Sequence record: MZ622713.1
DNA: 64,000 bases
Direction: 5' to 3' (one strand)
A program made the translations under genes and the position numbers. The notes below the pieces were generated by a model. The model did not search any database. It worked only from the letters and a program-made list of their open reading frames with translations, and was not told the origin of the DNA. This document shows, piece after piece, positions 17,982 through 28,985 of this stretch (within the stretch, counting starts at the first letter, position 1; the number at the start of each line of letters is the position of its first letter).

Positions 17982-18700
17982 TTCGTGACATCAATAGCAA
18001 GTACAAAAACGTTCGTAAACGTGCTCGTGATTGGGAAGTCATGGTGGTTGAGTTTAATGAGAAATCTGAAGCTCTAAAAACTGTCCTGCTAGAACCAATC
18101 ACTCAACAAACCTTGTTAGAAATGGGTAAGTTCGCTGAAGCACTTCCTAGTGAAATGCGTATGTTGAAAATTGAATCTACAAAAGAAGCTTCTCACGTTA
18201 ACTGTGAAGTATTCCGTACCAATGTGCGCTTGCGCTCTAATAACGGCTTTGTTGATTTATCTGCCTTATCTAACGGTCGCGACATCGTTAACGCTTATCT
18301 TGATCTAGTTTCCAACATGATCGAATACACGCTAAAAGAGTTGAACGCAAACCGTACAGAAACGAATGCCCATAAAGCAATTTGTTTAAGTCGTGATGTA
18401 GCGCGTTTCACGTCGTATGTTGAAGATGGTGTTTGGGAACCTATTTACTGGGAGAAACTCAAGCCGTCTGGTGACTACCTATCGGACATGTTCTCTTTAG
18501 ATCAAGTGAAAGAACGTTTGATTCGCATTACTTCTCGTAATAGCGTAAAGGGTGTGAACTACTGGAACTTGAACTGGGAAGTGGAACGTTTAGGGTTTGC
18601 TATTAACGCTTTACAATCCTTAGTAGAACGTATTACTGAGTTCGGTATCGCTCGCTTAGAGCTAACACCAGAACAACTGGATGCGATTGAAAACAAATAA
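17978..18700 (+). CDS. Hypothetical protein, possibly virion
   Basis: ATGA overlap with the upstream gene; 240 aa. Confidence 0.75.
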   Translation: MIRDINSKYKNVRKRARDWEVMVVEFNEKSEALKTVLLEPITQQTLLEMGKFAEALPSEMRMLKIESTKEASHVNCEVFRTNVRLRSNNGFVDLSALSNGRDIVNAYLDLVSNMIEYTLKELNANRTETNAHKAICLSRDVARFTSYVEDGVWEPIYWEKLKPSGDYLSDMFSLDQVKERLIRITSRNSVKGVNYWNLNWEVERLGFAINALQSLVERITEFGIARLELTPEQLDAIENK

Positions 18701-18706
18701 GTAAAT

Positions 18707-18745
18707 ATAACCCCTACCCCAAACGGGGTAGGGGTTATTTATGGT
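18707..18745. terminator. Terminator between convergent genes
   Basis: ATAACCCCTACCCC-aaac-GGGGTAGGGGTTAT with flanking A/T runs. Confidence 0.8.
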
Positions 18746-18746
18746 T

Positions 18747-21671
18747 TTATTTATTTTTGAAGTGAGGTAGGAAAGCGAACGAGATAGACTCTTTCACACT
18801 CGCTACACCATCGCCTGTGTTCTCTAAACGCTTACGAACAGAGAAACTGGTAGTGGAGTCCATGTTAGACACAACATCGATCTCTTGATCGTCTGCAAGA
18901 GCATTTAAGCGAACATCCACAACATCTGTTGGTAGAGCATCTTTCAAAGCTCTCAGGATGTCGTTGTTAGATACCGTAGAGTTCTTCAGCATCTGGTTGA
19001 TCACATTGGATGTTAGAGACTTCAATGCCGGACGAATAGTATCACTACGAATACCCGCAGGTGTTAGGTAGTAAACTACGTTGAACGACAGATCAGCACG
19101 TACCTTAGTTTCAAACTGAGAGTTGATCACAACATCGATCATGCCAAGCTTGATCTTAGGAGAGAACATCAATTCAGTCTTATCACGCATTTGACTAGAG
19201 AAGTTCGCCAAATCCTGCATAACCACATCGGTAATGTAATCCTTGGTACGTTGTGCAAAGTCCAAGTCGTATTGGTCATTCGAGAAACGGAAGTTACCAT
19301 CGAAAGTAACGAAGTCCATGTAGTACTTCAATTGACTTTCTTTTAGTTTGATCGGCGCACCAGTTTCATCACGAACCAAGGAACCCTTATAATGAAGGAT
19401 AATAGGCTTACCATCTTCGTTTAACATCGGGTCACCTGCACGATGCTCCAACACCATACGTCCGTCTTCAAAGATGTACTGGTTGTCAGGGCCACGCTTA
19501 AAGGTGTCTTCCGGCCATACTTCTGGAACGTCCTCTGGGTAATGCTGGTATTGCTCATCCCCTAACACAGGGTGTGCTCGGTGGTATAAGTTCTTTAGAG
19601 CTTTACCAAATATCACGTCGTAACCTACTTCAATCAAACACGTCTTGTTTGGACCAAACAGTACTGCGTCGATACGAAGGTCTTGTTCTGTTGGTTTCTC
19701 ACCTTCAGACGCTTCCACTAAGAACATGACTTTAATGTCAGTCTTCAGTTCAGCGTGAACTGACTTAGCAGGACGACCAAACATATACAAGTTGGTGAAA
19801 CTCAACATATCACGAACGTCAACGTCGAAGTTACTTTCTAACATGAAAGACCAAATACGGTTGTTGTCTTGGTCTCGACCTAACACTTCACCTTTGAGCG
19901 TAGCGATCTCACTAGAGTCAGCCGGAGTAAAGTACAGTTGAGCTGCAACTTTATCGTCAGGCATTTTCTTGTACGTATCATCACCACGAGTTCGCATTAC
20001 GATGCGGTAACCGTTCTCTAGGTGCTCCACCAAGATAGACGACACACTGAGTTCCACACCCAACGTTTCTTTCTCATACAAGAAGTTCTGGTTGTCGTAC
20101 TTAGGGTTGTCCAGCATATAAGGTCTGATCTTAACCGTACCGCTGGTTGTGTCTAAGACGTTGTGGAAAGGCGTGTAAACCAACATGTGAGAGTTAACGT
20201 AGTCCAATAACTCATCTGTGTTCATCAAAGCGATTTCGAGCATCTGAGCTTTAGGAAGAATACGTGTGTTGGTTCCAGTCACATCAAACACCGTACCCGG
20301 TGGCACAGTAACACGTCGGTCGTTATCATAAACCACACCAGAGTCACGCAGTTCGTCTAACGAGTACATCACACTTGCGATGTAAGCGTTTACCGATACC
20401 GACTTTTTCTCAGCGTCAGTATAAGTAGGTAACTCTCGTGTTAACTGGTACAAACGACCAATGTACATGTCAATCAGTTTAGTTGCCGAATAACCGTAAG
20501 CACCAAGATAGTTGCTTAATTGGTTTTCAGAAATAGGTACAGACTGACGTCGACTGTTGTTGATCGCTTCTTGTTTCATTTGCAAGAAGTTACGAGGATT
20601 ACTACCACCACTCACTGCTGTTTGAATTTCCCAAGCTGAGTTGTTTACTTCTCGCATCGGAGCTTCATAGCGACCTAATTGATCAGTACCGTAATCAAAG
20701 TCTAAGAAGGTTGCAGTGTGAGTCTGAGTACGTAAAGTCTTAAGGTCTTGTTCGTAAGCACCTTTGGTCGTATAAACCACTAAGGTCAACGTACCAACTC
20801 CTCGACGGTTGTTAATGTAGACTTCCGGGATAGAGTACGTGAACTCTTGGTTGTCTTGATCAACATCGATGGTCAAGGTGACTTCGTTATGGTTGAAGAC
20901 TTGGTTGTTGTAAGCGATACGGATTTCTCGTGTTGGTTCATTACCAACTGGAGTCAAGAAAGCACGAACACCAAACAACTTATCTTTGTACGTGTAAACC
21001 TCACGCAAACCCGCAGTAGGAGTGATAGCGATCTTACGCTTGATTTCACCCTTTAACTGTTTCACTGGGATGTCAACGTACAAATACTCTTCATCGAGCA
21101 TAGTCACGGTACGACGGTCTAGAGAGTTAGTTGTGATGTTGTAGAACGGATGGTTACTCTTGGAATCGTATACCACCTGAACGTGTCCGGCTTCCATTAA
21201 ACGGAATTCGATAGCGTGGACGATGCTAAACGGAACACCGTAAACTTCAACGATAGTGTCCTTCGGCATAACCAGTTTACGATAACGGTTAATCACGGTA
21301 CCGGATTGTTCTTCGTAAGGGATAGCTAAACGACGAATCTCGTTCATAGGTAACGAGAAACGCATGGTCGCTTCACTAGGGTAACCATAGAGTCCATAGA
21401 ACTCGTAGTCACTCATATGACGAAATAGGTCAGCAGGCTTACGAGCGTGCTCACGGTACAAACGTGATTCAACGTCACCTACACGGTTAATCAAACCAGC
21501 CGACTCAGAACAGATTGTGTCTAGTGCTCTTACAAAAGGATGACTGGAACTTTCAAAGGCAACACGTTTACCTGCAAAAGCTTCAGCGGTTCGGTCTAGG
21601 ACTAAGGAGATAGCACGACCGGGGTTATTGGCGATGCGGTTTAGTTCATCAAAGGTTAGTTCACCACTCAT
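18747..21671 (-). CDS. Baseplate wedge-like virion protein (phiKZ gp87-like, T4 gp6-like fold inferred)
   Basis: 974 aa; N-terminal HARKPADLFRHM...YGYPSEA pattern typical of wedge proteins; position in the structural cluster. Confidence 0.6.
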   Translation of the reverse strand: MSGELTFDELNRIANNPGRAISLVLDRTAEAFAGKRVAFESSSHPFVRALDTICSESAGLINRVGDVESRLYREHARKPADLFRHMSDYEFYGLYGYPSEATMRFSLPMNEIRRLAIPYEEQSGTVINRYRKLVMPKDTIVEVYGVPFSIVHAIEFRLMEAGHVQVVYDSKSNHPFYNITTNSLDRRTVTMLDEEYLYVDIPVKQLKGEIKRKIAITPTAGLREVYTYKDKLFGVRAFLTPVGNEPTREIRIAYNNQVFNHNEVTLTIDVDQDNQEFTYSIPEVYINNRRGVGTLTLVVYTTKGAYEQDLKTLRTQTHTATFLDFDYGTDQLGRYEAPMREVNNSAWEIQTAVSGGSNPRNFLQMKQEAINNSRRQSVPISENQLSNYLGAYGYSATKLIDMYIGRLYQLTRELPTYTDAEKKSVSVNAYIASVMYSLDELRDSGVVYDNDRRVTVPPGTVFDVTGTNTRILPKAQMLEIALMNTDELLDYVNSHMLVYTPFHNVLDTTSGTVKIRPYMLDNPKYDNQNFLYEKETLGVELSVSSILVEHLENGYRIVMRTRGDDTYKKMPDDKVAAQLYFTPADSSEIATLKGEVLGRDQDNNRIWSFMLESNFDVDVRDMLSFTNLYMFGRPAKSVHAELKTDIKVMFLVEASEGEKPTEQDLRIDAVLFGPNKTCLIEVGYDVIFGKALKNLYHRAHPVLGDEQYQHYPEDVPEVWPEDTFKRGPDNQYIFEDGRMVLEHRAGDPMLNEDGKPIILHYKGSLVRDETGAPIKLKESQLKYYMDFVTFDGNFRFSNDQYDLDFAQRTKDYITDVVMQDLANFSSQMRDKTELMFSPKIKLGMIDVVINSQFETKVRADLSFNVVYYLTPAGIRSDTIRPALKSLTSNVINQMLKNSTVSNNDILRALKDALPTDVVDVRLNALADDQEIDVVSNMDSTTSFSVRKRLENTGDGVASVKESISFAFLPHFKNK

Positions 21672-22714
21672 TACTTAGCTACCCACCATTCTAGTTCCAT
21701 GGTGTTAATGTTGATCCATGGATATGCTTTAAAGTTATGGTCCAAGAATTCAGACGGGTCCAACTTACGATAGACTTTATCACGACGACCGTCTTTCATA
21801 TCGTCGTTGAAGTATACCGTAGAACCATTAAAGGCATCGACACACTCAAAGGTGTCAGCACGCGCCCCAATGGATTTAAATTGGATGTCGTATGTGTCTT
21901 GTCCCGGACTGCGACGACCGTTTTGTTCGTAGTCTATTCCCGCCAAGCTACCCTGAGGGTGTGTGGAAGGTACTGACTGGATGGTCATGTAAATCGATTC
22001 AACGTTGACCATGTTCGGGTTCATGATCAAATGGTAAATGCGTGTATCGAAATCCCAGTAGTTTTGATACTGTGCTTCGAAGTAAGGTTCCATCCCGTGG
22101 TCACCCAAACGTACTTCAGGAATGTAGTGTTCCCACATAGAGAACAAATAAGGTAGGATGCCACCCTTAACATTCTTATAGGTCTGGTTGATTGTTAGAA
22201 GCCCGTTAGTTTCTAAGATACCTTCTATCCATTGGTACGTTTCTTGACGGATACCCGGTTGTCCTGCTACCGACTCCAGCTCTAAATCAGGGAAGCCGTC
22301 GGACTTACGTAACAAGTTAGTCAACAAAGGTAACCAAGCGTTTTTGTTATCTAACGCTGGGTGACTGTAGACACGAGCTGTACGATGATCTAATAAACCA
22401 CGGATATAACCACCTAGAGAGTTTCCATCAGCTTTGTACAATTTAGCAAAGCGTGGTGATTTAGAAACGTTCTCATCGCTTAGATTTAGTGTAGGTCTAG
22501 GGATAAACATTAATCCTATGGTGTCATCGGCCAAAGGTGCGAGTTGTATGCCGTTGCCTAATATTTTTATGCCATGAAGAATATTGCCTAACGGACTTAA
22601 ATAACTACCACCGCCATTTTCCTTGAAGATGTCATTTAACCAAACCTTCAAGTTTGGATCGACCTCTCCTGTAAAAGGATTAAGCGGCTTTAGTTGTTTG
22701 TCAATTTCATCCAT
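21671..22714 (-). CDS. Virion structural protein (phiKZ gp88-like; tail/baseplate inferred)
   Basis: 347-aa ORF with AGGA RBS, translationally coupled to the wedge-like gene. Confidence 0.55.
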   Translation of the reverse strand: MDEIDKQLKPLNPFTGEVDPNLKVWLNDIFKENGGGSYLSPLGNILHGIKILGNGIQLAPLADDTIGLMFIPRPTLNLSDENVSKSPRFAKLYKADGNSLGGYIRGLLDHRTARVYSHPALDNKNAWLPLLTNLLRKSDGFPDLELESVAGQPGIRQETYQWIEGILETNGLLTINQTYKNVKGGILPYLFSMWEHYIPEVRLGDHGMEPYFEAQYQNYWDFDTRIYHLIMNPNMVNVESIYMTIQSVPSTHPQGSLAGIDYEQNGRRSPGQDTYDIQFKSIGARADTFECVDAFNGSTVYFNDDMKDGRRDKVYRKLDPSEFLDHNFKAYPWININTMELEWWVAK

Positions 22715-22752
22715 TCATTTTTCCTAATAACTTAATTTGAAGAGAATCTATT

Positions 22753-23901
22753 ATGAGTTCTATAATCGGTATTGGTACTACTTTACTGAAAACTTTAGGG
22801 GGTGCTAACTCCGAAGCAGTAAGTAGCGCGGTGGATAGTGCTTCCAAACACGGTAAAGCCGCGTATGACACGTCTAAAGGTAACAGCATCGTTGCGGCTA
22901 GACAAAAGACGATGATTCGTCCTTTGGTTGTTGTAGAACAGTCTGTGGTACATCAGGACTACGCAACTGACCTGATGACGATCATACAATTGCGTGATAT
23001 TCAGGCTACCCTGACCCATCTTCGCATGCAAGGTACTATCGCTGGCGTACAGATTGATAAGTACATTGACCCTATCCGTCCTACCCGAAATATGGGTCGT
23101 CGTCTAGGTAGCTTTGGTGGTCTAGAGTCTTTCGGCGGCACTGATATCATGAAGCCTGTTGAAGGTGACGTAGACGGTCAAGAAGCACTGAACAATAAAG
23201 ACGACAAGCAAACACCAGACGGTGTAGCTATCGACTCTAAAGCTGTTCAAACAGTGTTGAGTGAATACACTCCACTAGCGCTAGGTCGCACGGTAGACGC
23301 TCAGATTACCGTTGATAACAAAACCATTACCTTCCCTCTTACTTTCCGTCAAATCCCGGTCCCTATGTCTCCTAAAGACTTAGAGCGTGTGTTTGACCAT
23401 GCTAAGGGTGAAGACACATGGCAAACTCGCTTTGATAAGCTGGAAGTTGGTATGATCACTACTCCGGAATTGTTGACCGGTCGTGACATTATCAAAGAGA
23501 AGTTCCGCATCCGTCTGGATGACTTGAAAGCGAACACCAACTACATCAACGATTCGATCGCTAACCAACGTTCTCATGTGAGGAAAGCGCTGGCTACTGG
23601 TGAGATGTCTATGAACAACATGGCGAACACGTTCGTTATGACTGACACCACTGCACGCCAAATTGAGCTGGTTACTGGTAAACGTTTCGATAACGCTTCT
23701 CAACGTGAATCATTGTGGAAAGGTCTAAAGGCTAACACGGTCGTTATCTGTAACGAATCTCGTGGTCTGTTTACTTTCTACACTATGGGTATGAAGCTTC
23801 CTGAACAATACACCCGTAACGACATCAAACAAAAAGCGGCGAAAGAATCGAGCGTTGGTTCTTTAACAGATATTATGAAACTTCTTAACGGCGGTATGTA
23901 A
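22753..23901 (+). CDS. Internal head/inner-body protein (phiKZ gp89-like)
   Basis: Internal GLE|SF and DGQE|A maturation-like sites; gene order. Confidence 0.55.
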   Translation: MSSIIGIGTTLLKTLGGANSEAVSSAVDSASKHGKAAYDTSKGNSIVAARQKTMIRPLVVVEQSVVHQDYATDLMTIIQLRDIQATLTHLRMQGTIAGVQIDKYIDPIRPTRNMGRRLGSFGGLESFGGTDIMKPVEGDVDGQEALNNKDDKQTPDGVAIDSKAVQTVLSEYTPLALGRTVDAQITVDNKTITFPLTFRQIPVPMSPKDLERVFDHAKGEDTWQTRFDKLEVGMITTPELLTGRDIIKEKFRIRLDDLKANTNYINDSIANQRSHVRKALATGEMSMNNMANTFVMTDTTARQIELVTGKRFDNASQRESLWKGLKANTVVICNESRGLFTFYTMGMKLPEQYTRNDIKQKAAKESSVGSLTDIMKLLNGGM

Positions 23902-24782
23902 TGAAAATCTTAGATTTCAAAAATGACCTAAAACCGATGAAGAAAGCCGACCTAGTTAAGTTGGTGAAAGAACATCGTGACTACATCCAAGGTGCCAGCG
24001 ATAACTTACGTTTACTACAAAGTGAAGGCATTCCTTTATCTAAAGCACTGCATGGTTGGAAACTTGCTCCTGCGTTGTTCAAAGAGATTCGTGGTAACGT
24101 ACACCAGTCTATCTCTATCGAGAGTATCTTAGAAGGTGCGGTGCGTAACGCACTAAACATTCTAGATGCACTGGAAAAAGACTTCAGCGCTGGACCTAAC
24201 ATCATCTCTAAAGAGACGGCTACGGTTCGTGAACTGAACGCGCTTCTTCTTAACGGTTACATCTCATTCTGGGTTGACTATTTATCTCGTTTGATGAACA
24301 TGTTCACATCCATGATGATCAAAGGTAAGACCGCTGAACAAGTTGCACAAAAACCTGACCTTAAGTTCTTGACAGAAGGTCTGCCTCGTTTTGGTGAACT
24401 GTCTTACTTGTTCTTTGAACGTGGCGGCATTATCCTTAAACGTTACCGTGCAGCTCCTAAGATCGTTGCTGACGATCAAACGCTTGACGTACTGGAAGCG
24501 ACTAAAGGTGCAGACGCAGTCCTAGTGATCAACACGCGTAACTTCGGCCCTCACTCCTTTAACCCGGGTTACTGGTGGGGTATGTTTGAAATGGAAGTTT
24601 CGTTGAGTCGCTACCAAGCACAACAAAACTCCATCGAGTCGAATGCGCAAAAGATCAGCTACTACCAAGATCTTCAAAACCAAAACCCTTCTCCTGCCAA
24701 CGAGAAAATGATTGAGAAGCTCGAAGAGCGTATCATCAAAGCGCAGGCTGTAATGGAATCGATTGAAGAACGTTACGCTTAA
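23901..24782 (+). CDS. Internal head protein (phiKZ gp90-like)
   Basis: Coupled to the previous gene; C-terminal coiled coil; gene order. Confidence 0.55.
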   Translation: MKILDFKNDLKPMKKADLVKLVKEHRDYIQGASDNLRLLQSEGIPLSKALHGWKLAPALFKEIRGNVHQSISIESILEGAVRNALNILDALEKDFSAGPNIISKETATVRELNALLLNGYISFWVDYLSRLMNMFTSMMIKGKTAEQVAQKPDLKFLTEGLPRFGELSYLFFERGGIILKRYRAAPKIVADDQTLDVLEATKGADAVLVINTRNFGPHSFNPGYWWGMFEMEVSLSRYQAQQNSIESNAQKISYYQDLQNQNPSPANEKMIEKLEERIIKAQAVMESIEERYA

Positions 24783-24792
24783 GGGGAACAAC

Positions 24793-25302
24793 ATGAGTGA
24801 CTTTCGTAAAGTTGCGTACGGTTATGTAGATAGCCGTTTAATGGACCCGACCCTTACTGTCATCAACGGTATCTTGCGTGCTTACGTTCAAAGTTCGCAA
24901 GACATGGAGATGATGATAGACCCTGCGTCGATCCAAGAAGTCATTGAAATGGGCAACAAGGTTACCGGCAATGATTTCAAACATTGGGTGATGGCTAACT
25001 ATGAACGCGGTGCTGGTCGCCGTGCTCGTTTGATGCGTGCCATTACCTTCTTCCTAAAAGGCAAGATCTCTGCTCGTACTTTAGAGCAGTCTATCACAGC
25101 CGATGAACAACTAGTCACCACTACTGAACTCAAGAAAATCAAACAAGCGATTCCTCGAGTTGAACGTCGTGATCTAGATCAAGTGGAAGAAGTCATCCGT
25201 TCATTACAACACAAAGACATCTACCGTCTGATTGAGGGTATTGGTCCTCAAATGTTCGCTCGTATGATGATCACCTTTAACGGGGAATCAGCATATGCCT
25301 AG
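24793..25302 (+). CDS. Virion head-associated protein (phiKZ gp91-like position)
   Basis: ATG at 24793 follows an AAGGGG RBS and is preferred over 24763. Confidence 0.55.
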   Translation: MSDFRKVAYGYVDSRLMDPTLTVINGILRAYVQSSQDMEMMIDPASIQEVIEMGNKVTGNDFKHWVMANYERGAGRRARLMRAITFFLKGKISARTLEQSITADEQLVTTTELKKIKQAIPRVERRDLDQVEEVIRSLQHKDIYRLIEGIGPQMFARMMITFNGESAYA

Positions 25303-26566
25303 TGATGACGTTAGTAATGAATTAGCGGCACTAAGCGTGGTGAGCTCGTCTGAGCTCACCGAACAAGCCAAAGAAGGTCGAGACCTAGTGAAGCTCCAAG
25401 ATGAGATCACTAATTCCATCGACCGTGTTCAGGCTGTTAAGACAGTTCTAGGTGAAACTGAACCTAAAGACGTGACTCAGTTATTCGGCAATCTCATGGA
25501 CCGTCAGTTAGCACGCGTTGGTGTGCGTAGCTTTGGTGATGCAGATGAAGTAGCTGGCGTTGAATCTCTAGGTTTAGGGTTAACTCCTAAACGTTACCTA
25601 GAGACGCGTATTGCTGCTTGTGAGTCGTTCTTGACCGAGTTCATGGATTGGAGCCGTACCATCACTAAACGTTTCTATAACGAAGTGTTGGAGCAACTAG
25701 TCCTAATGAAGGATGGTCACGAGACTTTGTCTAAGCGTGCTAAGTTGTTGCAGACAATGATGAAGGATTCAAACACTTCATTCGTTACTGGTGAGATCAC
25801 CTTGGGTGGTGCTAACCGTGTGCTGCTGCTCAACAACAAAGTACCCGAAGACTTGCAAACACAAATCACACGTTTCGTTGCAACCACTCGTGCGATTACT
25901 TCTAACTTCTATCGTGCTAACCAAGCTAACACCAATGAGATGATTTCTTACTTTGGTGGTTTTGCTGGTTTGGATGAAGCGGCAGCGATTGATCGTTTGT
26001 TGCGTCTTCCTCGTGCTTTGTCTAAGTACCAGTTCAAAGAAGCGATGTTTAACATCCGTGAGCAGTCTAACGACATCTATCAAACCCGAGGTAGTGTGAA
26101 ACTACTGGGTGACCGTCAATACATCAATACGTTCCTAGTAGACCGTAGTGAGCGTAAAGATCTAGATGGTGTTAAGAATTGGATTGAACTGTACCGCAAA
26201 CACGAACGCATCAAGTTGGAGATCGAACATCGACAAAATGGTGAGATTACCCTTAAAGCATTTGATGCCCAACAAATCGACAAAGCTATCCGTAGTGTGT
26301 TCTCCACATTGCAAGACGTTGAAGGTTTGTTTAAAGAAGGTGATCGTTACTTGATCGATGGTGCTGAGTACAAGAAAATGCTGGCTATGCTTTCTGACGT
26401 GGATTGGTCTAACAATACCAAGGCACAGGTCGGTGATGCGTTCATTGCGTTAATCTTAGCTCGTAACAACGAACAAGTCATTATGCGTTCTGATGTGGTG
26501 AAGTACACGACTCTAGTGATGAATGCCATCTTGAACGTGTGTGAATCCTCAATGGAGCGTGGATAA
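25295..26566 (+). CDS. Internal head protein with propeptide
   Basis: AGVE|SL and AACE|SF sites precede an amphipathic helix. Confidence 0.6.
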   Translation: MPSDDVSNELAALSVVSSSELTEQAKEGRDLVKLQDEITNSIDRVQAVKTVLGETEPKDVTQLFGNLMDRQLARVGVRSFGDADEVAGVESLGLGLTPKRYLETRIAACESFLTEFMDWSRTITKRFYNEVLEQLVLMKDGHETLSKRAKLLQTMMKDSNTSFVTGEITLGGANRVLLLNNKVPEDLQTQITRFVATTRAITSNFYRANQANTNEMISYFGGFAGLDEAAAIDRLLRLPRALSKYQFKEAMFNIREQSNDIYQTRGSVKLLGDRQYINTFLVDRSERKDLDGVKNWIELYRKHERIKLEIEHRQNGEITLKAFDAQQIDKAIRSVFSTLQDVEGLFKEGDRYLIDGAEYKKMLAMLSDVDWSNNTKAQVGDAFIALILARNNEQVIMRSDVVKYTTLVMNAILNVCESSMERG

Positions 26567-27522
26567 TGGATGAAGAATCTGAATACACTCAAGAACAACT
26601 TCGATTAGCATTTCGTGGCTTAGCTGGGGAAGAGTCATTGTTTAGTGACATCAAGGCCGCTATCGGTCTAGATGGTTCTAAAGCTTCTCAAGTAGATAGC
26701 CTCAGTGACGGTAAGCTTGCAAACCGTTTCATGTTAGGTGCTAACACCGTAAGTCGTTTAACCGCGAAAGCTCTTGGTTCTAACGATGGAGTGATCTCTT
26801 CTTTACTGAGTCGTTCTAAGTCAGTAGACGTACACCCGGTTAAATGCTCGGGTAAACTAATCGCTGATCTTACTATTGATCATGACCTGCAACACCTACT
26901 GAGTGATCAGAAAGTGTTGTCTGAAACGATCAGTAAAGTGATGAAGTATCAAAGTGAACTGGAATCCTTTGGTAGTGAAATGCAAACCTTGATGAAGGCT
27001 GCTAAGACTGCCAAAGACAATTCTAAGTTAACTGAAGTGACTACCAAACTAGGATTGGTTGAATTCCCTGTTCTTAAACTCGATAAGAAAGACGGTGAAG
27101 AACATCTTTCTGAAGAGCTACCGGGCGGTAAACAAATCCGTTGTACTGTCGACCCAGTCAAGTTTATTCTTGAAGGGACCAGTGAACCAAAGGGTGAACA
27201 AGAGTACGAATTCCGTAAGGACGAACTTATTACTTTCTTGAACAAAATGCGTTGGGTGAATACTCAGCAAAAAGCTTTGAGCGAAATGATTAATCGTTAC
27301 GCTAAGTTCCTGAAAGAATGGAGTTCTACGGTCAAAGACGTTCAAACACATTTGGATAAAACCGAAGGTGTGAGTAAGTCAGCGTACAACCAGTTAGTGT
27401 CCAACATGGCACTGAATTCATCCCAAGTGGAATTTTATACGACGTTCCTTCCTCGTCTCATTGCTTACCTGAACTATTACGTGAATCAGGGTAATGACTT
27501 GGTAACCGTTGTTCTGAAATAA
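26566..27522 (+). CDS. Internal head protein
   Basis: LAGEE|SLF site near the N-terminus; lies in the head paralog array. Confidence 0.6.
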   Translation: MDEESEYTQEQLRLAFRGLAGEESLFSDIKAAIGLDGSKASQVDSLSDGKLANRFMLGANTVSRLTAKALGSNDGVISSLLSRSKSVDVHPVKCSGKLIADLTIDHDLQHLLSDQKVLSETISKVMKYQSELESFGSEMQTLMKAAKTAKDNSKLTEVTTKLGLVEFPVLKLDKKDGEEHLSEELPGGKQIRCTVDPVKFILEGTSEPKGEQEYEFRKDELITFLNKMRWVNTQQKALSEMINRYAKFLKEWSSTVKDVQTHLDKTEGVSKSAYNQLVSNMALNSSQVEFYTTFLPRLIAYLNYYVNQGNDLVTVVLK

Positions 27523-27579
27523 ATACACTCAGGGGAATCTCTCCCCTGTTTCAATTCTTAAATAAAGGAACCCCTTAAC

Positions 27580-28854
27580 ATGTCTCTTAAAATTAAAGAA
27601 CTATTGGCAACTCACGCTGGTGTTGAATCTCTTGGTGGTACAGTGGTTATGCCTGTTGAAGAACAAGCAGAACTAGCTAACGAAGTTGAACACCAAAAAA
27701 TGCGTGTTGAGATCAAAGAGAACTCTAAAGAGATCGACAAAATCGCAGAAACGGTTGAAGACATCGAAGACGAAGTAGAAGAACTTGAAGAAGTTGTTGA
27801 AGGTCTGGAAGCTCTAGCAGCAATGCCTGAACTAAACCGTCCGACTATCAACGTTCTTTACCGTCGTGCGCAAAAGATCAACGACCGTCTTGGCGGTGCT
27901 GACCAAACTAACGTAGCTGGTAACGAAAGTCTAGAAACAGACGACGCTTACCGTGCGGCAGTTATCTCTGGTTGCGAAGCGTTCTCTGACACACTTAAGA
28001 AAATGTACATCGCGTCAAGCTCTTTCATCAAGAACCTTTACTACGCGCTAGTAGATGGCATCACTCGCCTATTTGGTTACGTTCGTGACGTAGCTAAGAA
28101 AGCTGAGAAAGTGAAAGCTGAAGTGAAAGGCAAAGAGATCAAAACTAAGATCAAACTTGGTGGTTGGAACCGTTTCTTCGGTGGTAACCTAAATGGTCCT
28201 GATCGTGTGATGACTGACATCGCGGCGGTACTACCTTCATTCGGTGCGCTTATCAAGAAGATGTGTGAGATCGAGAGAGCGAGCGCAGATGGTAACAAAG
28301 CTATCCTGCAAGACATCGGTTCTCTAGCAAGCAAATTCGAAAGTGCGGTTAAGAACAGTACAACCTTCGTTAAGATCATTGCTGACCCGATGATGCACAA
28401 AAACCCACGTGCTACCAGCTCTAAAGCTCTGATCACTTTTGCTGCACCTGATGTTGCTAAGACCACTGATCTAGACAAAGCAATGGCTCAGTTCCACTTC
28501 AACCTAACTCCAATGAACGAATGGAACGTTGCTGAATCTAACCCTCTAACTGGTGAACACGCGGCGATGATCTCTCAAAGTCAAGTAGACACTGTTCTTA
28601 ACAGCGTTGTTAAAGACTCTGAAACTATCAAGAAAGTGAAAGCTGACGTTGATGGTCTTAAGTCTACAGTAGACGGCGTGATCAGCAAACTTAAATCTGG
28701 TCCTAAAGAAGGCAAAGACGAAGAAGCAACTAAAGCTCTGATCAAAGCGCTTAAGCGTGCTATGGGTAAATACTCTCAGTTGACTAACAACTACTGTCGT
28801 ATCCTATCGTCTATCGCTGACGCTAAAGTAAGTGCGGTAAAAGCTCACTTCTAA
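27580..28854 (+). CDS. Internal head protein, phiKZ gp93-97-like paralog family
   Basis: Acidic coiled-coil propeptide with AGVE, EGLE, AGNE and SGCE sites; similar to the 28986 and 30413 products. Confidence 0.75.
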   Translation: MSLKIKELLATHAGVESLGGTVVMPVEEQAELANEVEHQKMRVEIKENSKEIDKIAETVEDIEDEVEELEEVVEGLEALAAMPELNRPTINVLYRRAQKINDRLGGADQTNVAGNESLETDDAYRAAVISGCEAFSDTLKKMYIASSSFIKNLYYALVDGITRLFGYVRDVAKKAEKVKAEVKGKEIKTKIKLGGWNRFFGGNLNGPDRVMTDIAAVLPSFGALIKKMCEIERASADGNKAILQDIGSLASKFESAVKNSTTFVKIIADPMMHKNPRATSSKALITFAAPDVAKTTDLDKAMAQFHFNLTPMNEWNVAESNPLTGEHAAMISQSQVDTVLNSVVKDSETIKKVKADVDGLKSTVDGVISKLKSGPKEGKDEEATKALIKALKRAMGKYSQLTNNYCRILSSIADAKVSAVKAHF

Positions 28855-28864
28855 ACACTCATTT

Positions 28865-28900
28865 AAAACTGTGGTTCCTAGAACCACAGTTTTATTTTTT
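28865..28900 (+). terminator. Rho-independent terminator
   Basis: AAAACTGTGGTT-cctag-AACCACAGTTTT followed by ATTTTTT. Confidence 0.75.
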
Positions 28901-28985
28901 ATTTGTTTTTATCTTAGGGCGTTTCATAAATGTTCTAAGATAAGGTCAGACGTGATCTTAGTAAACTTCATGAAGGAAACTATTA